DNA of 32,398 nt from a virus. Taxonomy: Duplodnaviria > Caudoviricetes. The stretch spans positions 1-32,398 of the IMG/VR virus record IMGVR_UViG_3300030330_005657; one strand, 5' to 3'. How positions within the stretch are numbered: position 1 is the stretch's first letter; every line of letters starts with the position of its first letter. Below the pieces are notes generated by a model. It worked only from the letters and a program-made list of their open reading frames with translations, was not told the origin of the DNA and ran no database searches. A program made the position numbers and the translations under genes. Shown here piece after piece: positions 1 through 8,546 of this stretch.

Positions 1-77
1 GACTGGTTGACTCGATCAAGGAGACTGGTTGACTCGATCAAGGAGACTGGTTGACTCGATCAAGGGGACTCGATCAA
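1..77. repeat. Tandem direct repeat, 22-bp unit GACTGGTTGACTCGATCAAGGA (3 copies plus a partial copy), possibly truncated by the window edge
   Basis: Units at 1-22, 23-44 and 45-66 (last base G), then partial GACTCGATCAA at 67-77. It overlaps the last codons and stop of the methyltransferase. Confidence 0.95.
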
Positions 78-956
78 AGCGTGTTCTATGATCTTTCTAG
101 CCTGTTTGTAGTCAAGTCTATATCTATAGCTCCCGTCTTGTCTTAAGCCCTTAAACGGGGTTAACCCTGTATCTTGAGTCATCCTTCTATATTCATTAAG
201 TGTGCGGTTACACTTCTCAATCAAGGTATCAAGATCTTTGAATTCAGAGGAATAAATTCGAGTAATTGACCTACTGCTTTTCTTGACTTGGATACCTTCA
301 CCTTTGCAAAAATGGATACTAGCCTCTTTTTGGTTATCAATCGCGTACAACCCTAGTTGCCCTTTTTCGGAATTAAAGGTCATATCCACTTTACATGATT
401 TGAAGTCAAACGGGGTCACCTCAAGTTTCTCAAGTCCTCTATACAGTACAAGGTCACTTTGCTCTTTAGTGAACAAAGCGAGGCATACAGGAACCTCAGT
501 ATCATCAAACATTTTGTAATTCAAGATGATCAAGGTGCTCAACCTGTCTTTAAGCTCTTTGCAGGTAAGAAAGCTCAAGGGGATGATGACCGCGACGCGT
601 TCACAATGCTTTAGCATAAGGCTAAGAGCGTACTTGTACAAATCGTTGTACTGCGTACTTGGATAGGGGAGACCGCGACGCGTTGCAGAGTTCTTTGCAA
701 GGTACGGAGGGTTGGTGACCACAGTCCGATACCCTTTAGGGAAGTTTGCGAGTGTATCCCTTTGGAGCACGCCTTCAGCTTTAGGGTCTATATCGTAGCA
801 ATCCCATCTCCCTTGATTAACGAGATGTACAATATTCTTTGACCCAGCGAAGGGTTCCAAAATCAAGTCATCTTGTAACCACTCTAAAAAAGCGGGATGC
901 TTAAACGGGTTCCCTACTGTATAATATTGTCCTAACGATCTAGCATCCATGATCAC
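60..956 (-). CDS. DNA N6-adenine (amino) methyltransferase, gamma-type motif order
   Basis: GQYYT (motif X), ILEPFAGSKN (motif I, SAM binding), DID (motif II) and TNPPY (motif IV, catalytic). The start may be at 950. Confidence 0.85.
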   Translation of the reverse strand: MIMDARSLGQYYTVGNPFKHPAFLEWLQDDLILEPFAGSKNIVHLVNQGRWDCYDIDPKAEGVLQRDTLANFPKGYRTVVTNPPYLAKNSATRRGLPYPSTQYNDLYKYALSLMLKHCERVAVIIPLSFLTCKELKDRLSTLIILNYKMFDDTEVPVCLALFTKEQSDLVLYRGLEKLEVTPFDFKSCKVDMTFNSEKGQLGLYAIDNQKEASIHFCKGEGIQVKKSSRSITRIYSSEFKDLDTLIEKCNRTLNEYRRMTQDTGLTPFKGLRQDGSYRYRLDYKQARKIIEHALIESP

Positions 957-1395
957 AGTTCAACAGCGAGTCATAATACTTAAGAACGTCTTTTGCGTAA
1001 TAATACTCGCTTCTTCCTTCTTCGCACTTCCCTTGCCCCCCTCGATTGTATTGCGCTAATGTTTTACAAAGATCATCATCATTAAGATCAAGGTACTTCT
1101 TCAGCGCGAGTACACCTGCCTTGATATAATCGCATTTCCCTTGTTTTGGGCAGTGATACTTAGGGATGACACCCATTGGCCCTTGTGCACCTTTATTGGA
1201 GACCACATTCTTGAATCTACTTTCTTTGTACCCAACGGAGATCGCCAAAAGCGGGTCAATATTTATGAGTGTGGCTTCATCATAGATTTGTGCACAGATC
1301 TTCATCTTAGGTTGTAGGTTCCTTAAGACTTTTCGTTGGTAACTTGGGCCACCTGTAAGCAAATTGAAGAGAATAATCCAGCAGTATATATTCAT
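940..1395 (-). CDS. Lytic transglycosylase (SLT domain) with N-terminal hydrophobic segment; candidate endolysin
   Basis: IDPLLAISVGYKESRF (catalytic Glu), SNKGAQGPMGVIP, LAQYNRG and YAKDVL match the SLT motifs. ATG at 1395 sits 1 nt after the upstream stop; the ORF track start at 1407 is a GTG. Confidence 0.85.
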   Translation of the reverse strand: MNIYCWIILFNLLTGGPSYQRKVLRNLQPKMKICAQIYDEATLINIDPLLAISVGYKESRFKNVVSNKGAQGPMGVIPKYHCPKQGKCDYIKAGVLALKKYLDLNDDDLCKTLAQYNRGGQGKCEEGRSEYYYAKDVLKYYDSLLNCDHGC

Positions 1396-1396
1396 A

Positions 1397-1834
1397 TTAA
1401 AAATCACATATCAAAGTTCGGTTTAAAAAGTGTATTCGGTCAATATCAGTTTCGAGCATCTCTAATCTATACAAAAGGGGGATGCCTTGAGTCTCCCCTT
1501 GATACACAACGAGCACGTATGGTTTATCACTGAAAAAGTGCAGTGCTTTCGCAGTCCTAAAAACGTAGTCATAATGTTCTTTGTGCATATCATTAAGGAG
1601 GAGAAACAAGTGCAACCCTTCTTTATTGTTTTTTGCGGACTCGTATCCTTTTTCAAGGTAGCGTTCTTTTTTCTTGACTCTAGTTAAATCAGCGAAGGTG
1701 CTCAACCCTTCCCAGTCTGTACCGAGTCCTCCAATTTGAGTGGAGAACAAGTGCTCACACCCTTTGAAGTGAACATCTTGGTCAATCAACCCGAATTTGC
1801 GAATAACAGTATAAAAAAGATTATTGTCCTTCAT
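1397..1834 (-). CDS. Hypothetical protein
   Basis: Fills the gap between the polymerase and the SLT gene with tight junctions; ATG at 1834 overlaps the polymerase end. No motif recognised. Confidence 0.65.
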   Translation of the reverse strand: MKDNNLFYTVIRKFGLIDQDVHFKGCEHLFSTQIGGLGTDWEGLSTFADLTRVKKKERYLEKGYESAKNNKEGLHLFLLLNDMHKEHYDYVFRTAKALHFFSDKPYVLVVYQGETQGIPLLYRLEMLETDIDRIHFLNRTLICDF

Positions 1835-3908
1835 AGATGGAGAGCAACCCGTTCTCATAGTAAGATTCAGCGTCTTTTGTCCATTCGTACGTTAAACAAG
1901 GTTCAGCGACAGCAGGAACATCTGGAGTATGTTTTTTCATACCTTGTTCCATGAGGGATTGCAACCTTTTAGCGGATTTGGTAGCAGATTCTTGATCTTT
2001 AAAGGGGATCTCTAGCACTAGTTCATCGTGAACAAACAAGATGGGGATACATTTGTACAAAGGTGACTCTTCATCAAAGAAGCATTCGTTCCACACCATA
2101 ATAATGGCTTCCTTAGCTCCATCGCTTGCGATCCCTTGAAACGGTGTGTTGCACGCGATTGTAAACTTTCGGAGGTACCGTACACGATCTGTGCTCCGAA
2201 AGTGATACACTTGATTATAGTCTTTGTAATCATCGTACTCGCTATGCTTAGTAAGTTCAGATCGTGTTCTGAAGTAATCATCCATTTCAGTCCAGACATA
2301 TAACCAATCTTCTCGAAGTTTCTCACTTTGTTCCATCGTGAGATTGGTGCCGTACCCTTTAGCGTAATCAACGAATTGTTCACTGCCGAGTCCACCTGCA
2401 TATCCGAAGTTCGCAATTTTGGAGAGTTGTCTTTTTTCCTTTAGTTTGCTATAGAGTTCGTGCTCTTTATCTTGCAAGATGGCGATGCCTTCTTCGTACT
2501 CAAGATGCACGCCTTCCATCTTCATTAGTTCGATTGCCATATACAGATGTGGATCAAAGTTTGGATTGAGTTGATACTCTTTCCCGAGTCTCGTCACTCT
2601 ACCTTCGTTAATATGAGTTTGTGCCAGCGTTCTAAGTTCGGCGTTACTGTAGTCCGCTTGTAAAAAGATGTGGCCTTCTCTAGGTTTGATACAAGCGCGT
2701 GCTTTCCCTTTTCGAGGAATATTTTGCAAGTTTGGGTTCCTGCTACTTGTTCGTCCTGTTTCCATCAATCCGTTGTACCCGTACCTTAACCGATGGTCGG
2801 GGTTTAGTTTCGCATTTCGGAGTGCATCTAGAAAAGTGCGTTTTTCTTTCCACGCAGTGTCGCTTTTCAACTTTGATTGGAGCGCAGACTGGATCTCTGC
2901 AAGTTCGATACGGGACACCCGATCCAGTGTCTTTTTATCTTTAAGATCAACCCCGTGACTAAACACGGTTTCCATTGCGGAGAATAGTTGCTCCATCGCT
3001 TGTTTATTTGCAGAGATTTTCCCTGTCTTTGTTGTTGCAAGTTCAATCCCTACAATCTCACTTGCTTGTTTCAATGCATCTTGAATCTTACTTGTGACTG
3101 CAGAATATCCGCGATCGTTCTTTGCAGGTTTCAACAATCCGAAGTCCAGAGCAGGCTTCATCGCTTCATCGTGAATCTCCATGCATCCTTCAACCGCGTC
3201 ATCAATCTTGTCTACATCAATAGAGACTCCGATTACGGTTGCCATCATTTGCAAGATATATTCAACGTGAGTCTGTCTAGCAAGATCTTTAAGAACGTTG
3301 ACACCGATCTTAGCTTTTAGTTTCTCCGCTTCTTCAAGTTGTGCGAAGTACACGTCTCTGACATAAACAGCGTCATTCTTTGCGTATTCCTGCTCTGCGT
3401 GGCTCCACTGTTCAACAGGTGTACCGTACAAATCCCCGTACCCTGTCCGAATATTCCCTTCTTTGCTTGCACCGATATCAATCTGCAGGTACTTCCAAAC
3501 GAGTCCTTCCATTTTGGTTGAAGGCACCACTTTCCACTTGTCCTCAGCCTTCTGGATGAACACGTTCCCTGTTCGAATACCGTCAGTTCTAGGATCTGCA
3601 GTGTTCAACAAGATTTGTGCTAACTTCGTGCAGAAGATTCGGTTTTCGTTCAACGCTTCATTAATTAAGCGAAAGGTTTCAGTAGATTGGACACTTGCCA
3701 CGCATAAATCAAAGCATGCGTTTTGTGCAACGAGTGTTGCGCCGTTTCTCAGTAATCGTTGAAGAAAGATTTCCCCTTCGACATCATCCATGAGCATACG
3801 AGGCCCACCGTTATAAAAAGTCCAGCAAACAGGACGAGGTGTAACTTGATTTGTGATTAAAAAGGTCTCGCAATCGAAACCCCATACTTTTTTATCTTTT
3901 ATAGTCAT
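1821..3908 (-). CDS. polA: Family A DNA polymerase (3'-5' exonuclease plus polymerase domains, no 5' nuclease)
   Basis: ExoI GFDCET, ExoII QNACFD, ExoIII YAKND, TGRTSSRNPNLQNIP, motif A ADYSNAELR, motif B RQLSKIANFGYAGG, motif C FVHDE. SD AAGGAG lies upstream. Confidence 0.95.
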   Translation of the reverse strand: MTIKDKKVWGFDCETFLITNQVTPRPVCWTFYNGGPRMLMDDVEGEIFLQRLLRNGATLVAQNACFDLCVASVQSTETFRLINEALNENRIFCTKLAQILLNTADPRTDGIRTGNVFIQKAEDKWKVVPSTKMEGLVWKYLQIDIGASKEGNIRTGYGDLYGTPVEQWSHAEQEYAKNDAVYVRDVYFAQLEEAEKLKAKIGVNVLKDLARQTHVEYILQMMATVIGVSIDVDKIDDAVEGCMEIHDEAMKPALDFGLLKPAKNDRGYSAVTSKIQDALKQASEIVGIELATTKTGKISANKQAMEQLFSAMETVFSHGVDLKDKKTLDRVSRIELAEIQSALQSKLKSDTAWKEKRTFLDALRNAKLNPDHRLRYGYNGLMETGRTSSRNPNLQNIPRKGKARACIKPREGHIFLQADYSNAELRTLAQTHINEGRVTRLGKEYQLNPNFDPHLYMAIELMKMEGVHLEYEEGIAILQDKEHELYSKLKEKRQLSKIANFGYAGGLGSEQFVDYAKGYGTNLTMEQSEKLREDWLYVWTEMDDYFRTRSELTKHSEYDDYKDYNQVYHFRSTDRVRYLRKFTIACNTPFQGIASDGAKEAIIMVWNECFFDEESPLYKCIPILFVHDELVLEIPFKDQESATKSAKRLQSLMEQGMKKHTPDVPAVAEPCLTYEWTKDAESYYENGLLSIYEGQ

Positions 3909-3926
3909 AATAAACTCCTTCCACTT

Positions 3927-3935
3927 TTTATAACA
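3927..3935 (-). promoter_or_regulatory. Possible extended -10 promoter (TGnTATAAA) for the polymerase operon
   Basis: Minus strand TGTTATAAA in the intergenic gap just upstream of the polA SD. Confidence 0.3.
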
Positions 3936-3948
3936 CCCTTTCCCTATT

Positions 3949-4440
3949 TTATCTTACGCGAGCATATGCTTTTCCTCCCCGTCGTAAGACAGCCCATACC
4001 CATTTCCCCTTACTTCCCGCCGTTTTAGCTGATTTCCACTCCGCTAAACTAATATCAAAATAAAGGTATCGTGCTCCTCCACCGATAACTCGTCCTACAC
4101 CTTTTACCCAGCGTTGAAATTCAACAGTGAGTTGTTGTCTCCCTGCGTTATAGGACATACTCACAACGTTGGAGGACACAACAAAGATCTTCTCCGAAAG
4201 TTGTCCAGTCATGGTTCTAAATTGGAGTTCTCGTGTAATCCGAGGTGTCGCTTCAGATACTCCGTACTCAGGATCCATACTTTGTTGACCACCAGAAGGG
4301 CCTATATCCATATGTTGAATAGGTCTAAAAGGATTGTACGAAGATTGAGGAGTTATTGGACTCAACCCTCTTTTTGTTGTTTGCACCTTATCTAAAGCTT
4401 GGCTCAGACCCGATTGCATTACGCTTTCGTATAAACCCAT
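3949..4440 (-). CDS. KTSC domain protein with N-terminal extension
   Basis: C-terminal VSSNVVSMSYNAGRQQLTVEF...YLYFDISLAEWKSAKTAGSKGKWV matches the KTSC pattern SSNI..vgY....L.veF...Y.Y.dV.......A.SKG. Coupled to terL through TAATG. Confidence 0.8.
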   Translation of the reverse strand: MGLYESVMQSGLSQALDKVQTTKRGLSPITPQSSYNPFRPIQHMDIGPSGGQQSMDPEYGVSEATPRITRELQFRTMTGQLSEKIFVVSSNVVSMSYNAGRQQLTVEFQRWVKGVGRVIGGGARYLYFDISLAEWKSAKTAGSKGKWVWAVLRRGGKAYARVR

Positions 4441-6089
4441 TATTGTTCTCCATAGAAGTCAAATTCATTCCAAAGATCGTGCAGTCGTTGTTCTTCTGCA
4501 TCAGCGAAGTATTTTTCGTTAGATTCGCCCCATTGATCCAGTTCTTTGTCCCCAATCGCGACGCTATACTCAAAACTTGTGTTCTGCAACGTTGCTTCGG
4601 CAATACTCATACAAAGAACGGTGTCATCATGTTTCTCAACACCGAATCCAATGAGTTCTTGTACCAGAGGATCAAGTGCATCGCGATCATCTTTATCTCG
4701 ACTAGGGATTGTGATTTTATCGTTCTCAAAAAGAACGGTAAGTCTCGGAACACCTGTAAAAATTGAGTTTTTACTTTTGTTTGTTGTTTGGTGCTCCCTT
4801 AGCGGGATATCGCTTCTGCTCTTCAGATTAAGGGTGTGCAATTGTCCAAAGTTATTTCTTTCGACTGCAACGACCGAGACACTGCGTTGCCACCTTTTGT
4901 AGAACATTTCGATTCTTCTATAAAGTTCACTAGGGGAGACTCCTCTAAAGCGAGTGAAGTCTAAAAGGTACCGATTCCCGTTCGAATCGCTTGCCCACGT
5001 GATCCCTACCGTATAATCCGAGTCCGATTTCTCAGCTTTAGTCGGGTCGGAGACTAGCGCAAGATCCCATGCTTGGATAACACGGAGATTCCCAACCTGT
5101 GGTATTTCCCGTAAACCGAGTCCTTTCCCCTTACTTAAAGCTCGATCAATCCAATCGTTCTTGAACATTTGGTCTTCAGAGTCCTGCACCTCGTTTTGAA
5201 ACTCTCTTGTGAACAAACGTGTGCCGACTGTTGCTCTCTCCTTCAGAAGGTACTCAATCGGACGTTGTTCTTGCCAAAGAACTTCGGATTCTCCTTTAAT
5301 GGTGACTCCCTTGATGACATCTCTTCCTGTTTTATCAATCATGGTTTCAAACGAGAAAGATTCGGGAAACTTAATGATCGCTTTATCGTGAATCACAGAG
5401 AAAGTAGGGTCTTTGATCATGTGAGAGTAAACATCGTCCATATGCTTCCGAGTCCCAACAACGAGCATAAATCCTTTTCGGGTGAGGACGGGTTGCATAG
5501 TACCCGACAACCACTCTCTTGTTTTGCGTCGGACTCCTGCGCTAAAAGTTGTTTTGTCGTCATCAACGTCATCGAGAATTAGCACATCGAAGTGACCACC
5601 TGTGATTGCGCCACCGCTACCAACACACTCTAGACTCGGATCAATAGATTCGGTGCTCCGATTCAAGTAGATTTGAGTTGAAATCCACTTGGTTTCTTTC
5701 GTTCTAAAAGGGGGGAGGTCATCACTCGCCCAGTCGTCCTTAATCCGATCTGACTCCAAAAAAGATTTAACCATTCGGAGACGTTTCTCAGCTTGGCCTG
5801 CAGTGGCAGACACAAACAAGATTTTAGAATCTCGATCTATGCAGAGTCTCCACACTGTGTACAAAATACTAAGATAGCTTTTACCGTGATCACGTGGTGC
5901 AAGTACTAACAGCTTCTCTTTTGTGTTCTCATCAATCGCTTTTTGACTGAGATGGGTGCACTCATTAATCCACTTTTCTTGATGCTCAACATAATCAAAA
6001 CCGAGATAGTACGTAGCAAAGAAAACAGGAGAATGAATGGAGAGCACGCGTCTCCCTTCTTTCGTCAGAATTAGGTCATCAATGTTCAT
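4440..6089 (-). CDS. terL: Terminase large subunit
   Basis: Walker A APRDHGKS, Walker B LILDD, VGTR coupling motif, nuclease AWDLA...SDYT...HDD. Start placed at ATG 6089 (GGAG SD upstream) rather than 6197. Confidence 0.93.
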   Translation of the reverse strand: MNIDDLILTKEGRRVLSIHSPVFFATYYLGFDYVEHQEKWINECTHLSQKAIDENTKEKLLVLAPRDHGKSYLSILYTVWRLCIDRDSKILFVSATAGQAEKRLRMVKSFLESDRIKDDWASDDLPPFRTKETKWISTQIYLNRSTESIDPSLECVGSGGAITGGHFDVLILDDVDDDKTTFSAGVRRKTREWLSGTMQPVLTRKGFMLVVGTRKHMDDVYSHMIKDPTFSVIHDKAIIKFPESFSFETMIDKTGRDVIKGVTIKGESEVLWQEQRPIEYLLKERATVGTRLFTREFQNEVQDSEDQMFKNDWIDRALSKGKGLGLREIPQVGNLRVIQAWDLALVSDPTKAEKSDSDYTVGITWASDSNGNRYLLDFTRFRGVSPSELYRRIEMFYKRWQRSVSVVAVERNNFGQLHTLNLKSRSDIPLREHQTTNKSKNSIFTGVPRLTVLFENDKITIPSRDKDDRDALDPLVQELIGFGVEKHDDTVLCMSIAEATLQNTSFEYSVAIGDKELDQWGESNEKYFADAEEQRLHDLWNEFDFYGEQ

Positions 6090-6393
6090 GTGCGACTCCA
6101 TAAAGAACTGTAGTACATCCTTTGTAGTGTACTGCATATAATTTATGGTGTCCATTGACAATTTCTGGAAAAAAGATTTCTGCATCTGGATTTTCATTGA
6201 CGTAAGAGATGACTGTTAAATCGTTATCCACCTTGATTTTAGATGGATTATCTGTATACACAATCTCTGCTACATTGAAATATTGGCGTATCCGAGCAAC
6301 AAGTTTATCTTGCTTCTTCGGTTGTCCGCCACCCTCAATGTACTCGATGTACTTCAACCAATACATCGAAATAAAATTAAGAATCTCGTCCAT
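6079..6393 (-). CDS. Hypothetical protein (adjacent to terL, but not recognisably TerS)
   Basis: Short overlaps with both neighbours; no recognised motif. Confidence 0.6.
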   Translation of the reverse strand: MDEILNFISMYWLKYIEYIEGGGQPKKQDKLVARIRQYFNVAEIVYTDNPSKIKVDNDLTVISYVNENPDAEIFFPEIVNGHHKLYAVHYKGCTTVLYGVAHEH

Positions 6394-6583
6394 GCTTATC
6401 AATCTCGTGTTTCAAGTACCAAATTGCTTTCTCCAGATCTTGAACTTTATTATCTTTGTGTTCACATCGGAGAACATATTTTACAGCGTTACCTAAACAA
6501 AAGTTCAGTTTAAATGCATCAATCACATCGAGGGCATTCATTCGATCCCCTTGATAGTGCTTAGGTTGGTTGACTTGGCTCAT
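6377..6583 (-). CDS. DUF3310 family protein (related to T7 gp1.7 nucleotide kinase)
   Basis: VNQPKHY...FCLGNAVKYVLR...K....DLEKAIWYL is the DUF3310 signature. Confidence 0.88.
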   Translation of the reverse strand: MSQVNQPKHYQGDRMNALDVIDAFKLNFCLGNAVKYVLRCEHKDNKVQDLEKAIWYLKHEIDKHGRDS

Positions 6584-6857
6584 CTTTTACTCCTAACCTC
6601 TTTTTAATTTGTGCAACAATCAATGCATTGAAGCCTCCCATCGCACAACCTAGCCAAAGATCAACGACGGCATATGTGAGGCTCCATCCTACGAGTCCAC
6701 CTGTAGCAACTGCACACGCTTTTGTCAATGCTTTCGCTTTATCAGAATCGTACTTCGCTTTCCAAAAAGGCTTACAAATTTGTGTAATTGCATAGGAGAT
6801 TGCACTACAAACAAAGGCGAGAGTGTAGTGGTGTTCAGTAAAGTTAAAGTTTTCCAT
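6561..6857 (-). CDS. Small membrane protein, putative holin
   Basis: 98 aa with about 3 hydrophobic segments, an ITQICK motif and a charged C-terminus (KKRLGVKDE); lies at the end of the tail module. Confidence 0.55.
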   Translation of the reverse strand: MENFNFTEHHYTLAFVCSAISYAITQICKPFWKAKYDSDKAKALTKACAVATGGLVGWSLTYAVVDLWLGCAMGGFNALIVAQIKKRLGVKDEPSQPT

Positions 6858-6859
6858 TT

Positions 6860-7702
6860 TTATGTCCTTGCTGGAGATGCAACTACGTTATCGGGGTCAA
6901 CAGATCCTGTTCGCAACAGGTCTGACAAACTAGCATAAAGAGAAGCGACTCCAGAAGACCAAAGGAGAGTCTCCCCCTTTAGTTGGATGCCACTTGCGAG
7001 AATGTTAAGAATTACATCAAAGAATCGAACGTTAAACTGTTCATCCAGCAGGTAAACAGGATATTTACCTGCAACTTGATCTCCGAATCTTTCTTTAGTG
7101 TTTGAAGAGAAAAAATCTAGGATGTAACCACCTGCAGGAATTGTATCGTTATGGTTTTTCAAGAAATGTGAAGGAATATTAAAGAGTCCTGCATCTACAA
7201 TGAGACGAACTTCCCCACCGTATTCCTCAATCACATAGGGTAGGATGGATACGTTGAAAGTCTGGTTTGTGAGATCGGGCATTGCTTTGAAATAAGAAGT
7301 GTCCACATTCGCAACTCGAAACGTGGTTACGCTTCCGAGTGTGTTCACGATACTTGCGATATAGTGTGTCTTCCCATTGATCCTGCAAAGTCGCCCTTCA
7401 AGGTTTCTTACGTCAGCGTCTCCGCTGTATCTTATCGTGTTCACAGCAATAGAAGACATCTCATACGTAGTAAAATCGGAGAACTCTTTAAACACCTTGT
7501 TCACAAAGTCGAAGAGTATTCCAAGTGTGCCTCGTGCACCGAAGACAACAGCTTCTAAAGCAAGTCTCCAGTTCTCTTCTTTAATGTACAGTGGACGATC
7601 AAAACCGTAAAAAGAACTCAACCTATCTAAGGCTTGGCCCTTTGCTTTAGTTATGAGCGTATCGTTTCTCGCTTCATCTAGTTTACTTATATGGGTTATC
7701 AT
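6860..7702 (-). CDS. Baseplate wedge/tail protein (P2 gpI / Mu gp48-like N-terminus)
   Basis: AKGQALDRLSSFYGFDRP...ENWR...RGT resembles the A.G..LD.lg..yG..R...E.d..yR......gT motif; baseplate context. Confidence 0.6.
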   Translation of the reverse strand: MITHISKLDEARNDTLITKAKGQALDRLSSFYGFDRPLYIKEENWRLALEAVVFGARGTLGILFDFVNKVFKEFSDFTTYEMSSIAVNTIRYSGDADVRNLEGRLCRINGKTHYIASIVNTLGSVTTFRVANVDTSYFKAMPDLTNQTFNVSILPYVIEEYGGEVRLIVDAGLFNIPSHFLKNHNDTIPAGGYILDFFSSNTKERFGDQVAGKYPVYLLDEQFNVRFFDVILNILASGIQLKGETLLWSSGVASLYASLSDLLRTGSVDPDNVVASPART

Positions 7703-8546
7703 AGTAGACCACCTTTGAGTTTTTAGCGATTACTTCTTTGCGTTCACTTGCGAAGGAGACACCTGTGAACGTGTTGTTTGTCTTACCTGTGTACTTAAGG
7801 TGCACACTTCCTAAGAACAAGTCTCCCTTCGCAGGAAAACCGAGCGTGGTTTCAACGGTGACCGTCGTATCCCCATCATTGAAATCAAGGGTGCTCTTAG
7901 TAAGCGGTTTCCCCGTAAGGTTCTGCAATGCCTCGCCGAGACTCCGAGTCAATGTCTCAAGTGTTGTGTAGTTCTTGTCTCCCAAGTCATCTTGCGAGAA
8001 ACTACGTACACCTGCTTCAAAGTGGGCAGGGAGTAGAGACCTAAGCGTATATTGACCGAGTGACCTATTTCTTTTGATCACTTCGAATGCGCCCAACACT
8101 TTTATTTGTGTATGACTACTCCCAACAAGGAAATCCACTTCAATGTTGTATATACCTACATCGAGTGGGGGGACATAAGCGTGTAATTCCGTCTGTGCTA
8201 AGTTCGTGTACACATATCCTGCACGAGTCACAGGATGCCCAACGAAGGCAGGGAGTGCAAGCGTTCGAACTCCACCTTTTTCGAAGGTGACTTTAAACTT
8301 GTTTGAGTATGCTGGAGGTTCAACATCCGTGAACTGAGACCACGTGCTACGCAGGTTTATACGAACTCCACCGTCGTCCCCGATATAAAATAAGTCGTCA
8401 GCAATGGTAATCGGGATCAGAGAAAGATCAAAAGGTGAACCGAACCCTGTGTCCCTACCTTGAGCATTGTAAGGAGAGCCAAAGCCTGCATCAAAAATTG
8501 AGGGTGCAGGAGTATAAGATGGAGAGCCAAAACCTGTTTCACTCAT
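7683..8546 (-). CDS. Virion structural protein (baseplate/fibre associated)
   Basis: Three GFGSP repeats, an Ig-like beta-rich middle, and C-terminal TTVTVETTLGFPAKG...YTGKTNNTFTGV, a motif typical of myovirus baseplate proteins. Confidence 0.6.
   Translation of the reverse strand: MSETGFGSPSYTPAPSIFDAGFGSPYNAQGRDTGFGSPFDLSLIPITIADDLFYIGDDGGVRINLRSTWSQFTDVEPPAYSNKFKVTFEKGGVRTLALPAFVGHPVTRAGYVYTNLAQTELHAYVPPLDVGIYNIEVDFLVGSSHTQIKVLGAFEVIKRNRSLGQYTLRSLLPAHFEAGVRSFSQDDLGDKNYTTLETLTRSLGEALQNLTGKPLTKSTLDFNDGDTTVTVETTLGFPAKGDLFLGSVHLKYTGKTNNTFTGVSFASERKEVIAKNSKVVYYDNPYK

Noticed and set aside
1-77. CRISPR array
   Set aside because: The units are contiguous with no unique spacers, and no cas genes are present.
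1821-6089. Inteins, introns or stop-codon reassignment in PolA/TerL
   Set aside because: Both ORFs are intact and of normal length, with no splicing motifs; genes across the window end in TAA, TAG and TGA.
6090-6197. N-terminal extension of TerL
   Set aside because: It overlaps the upstream gene by more than 100 bp, and ATG 6089 has a proper SD.
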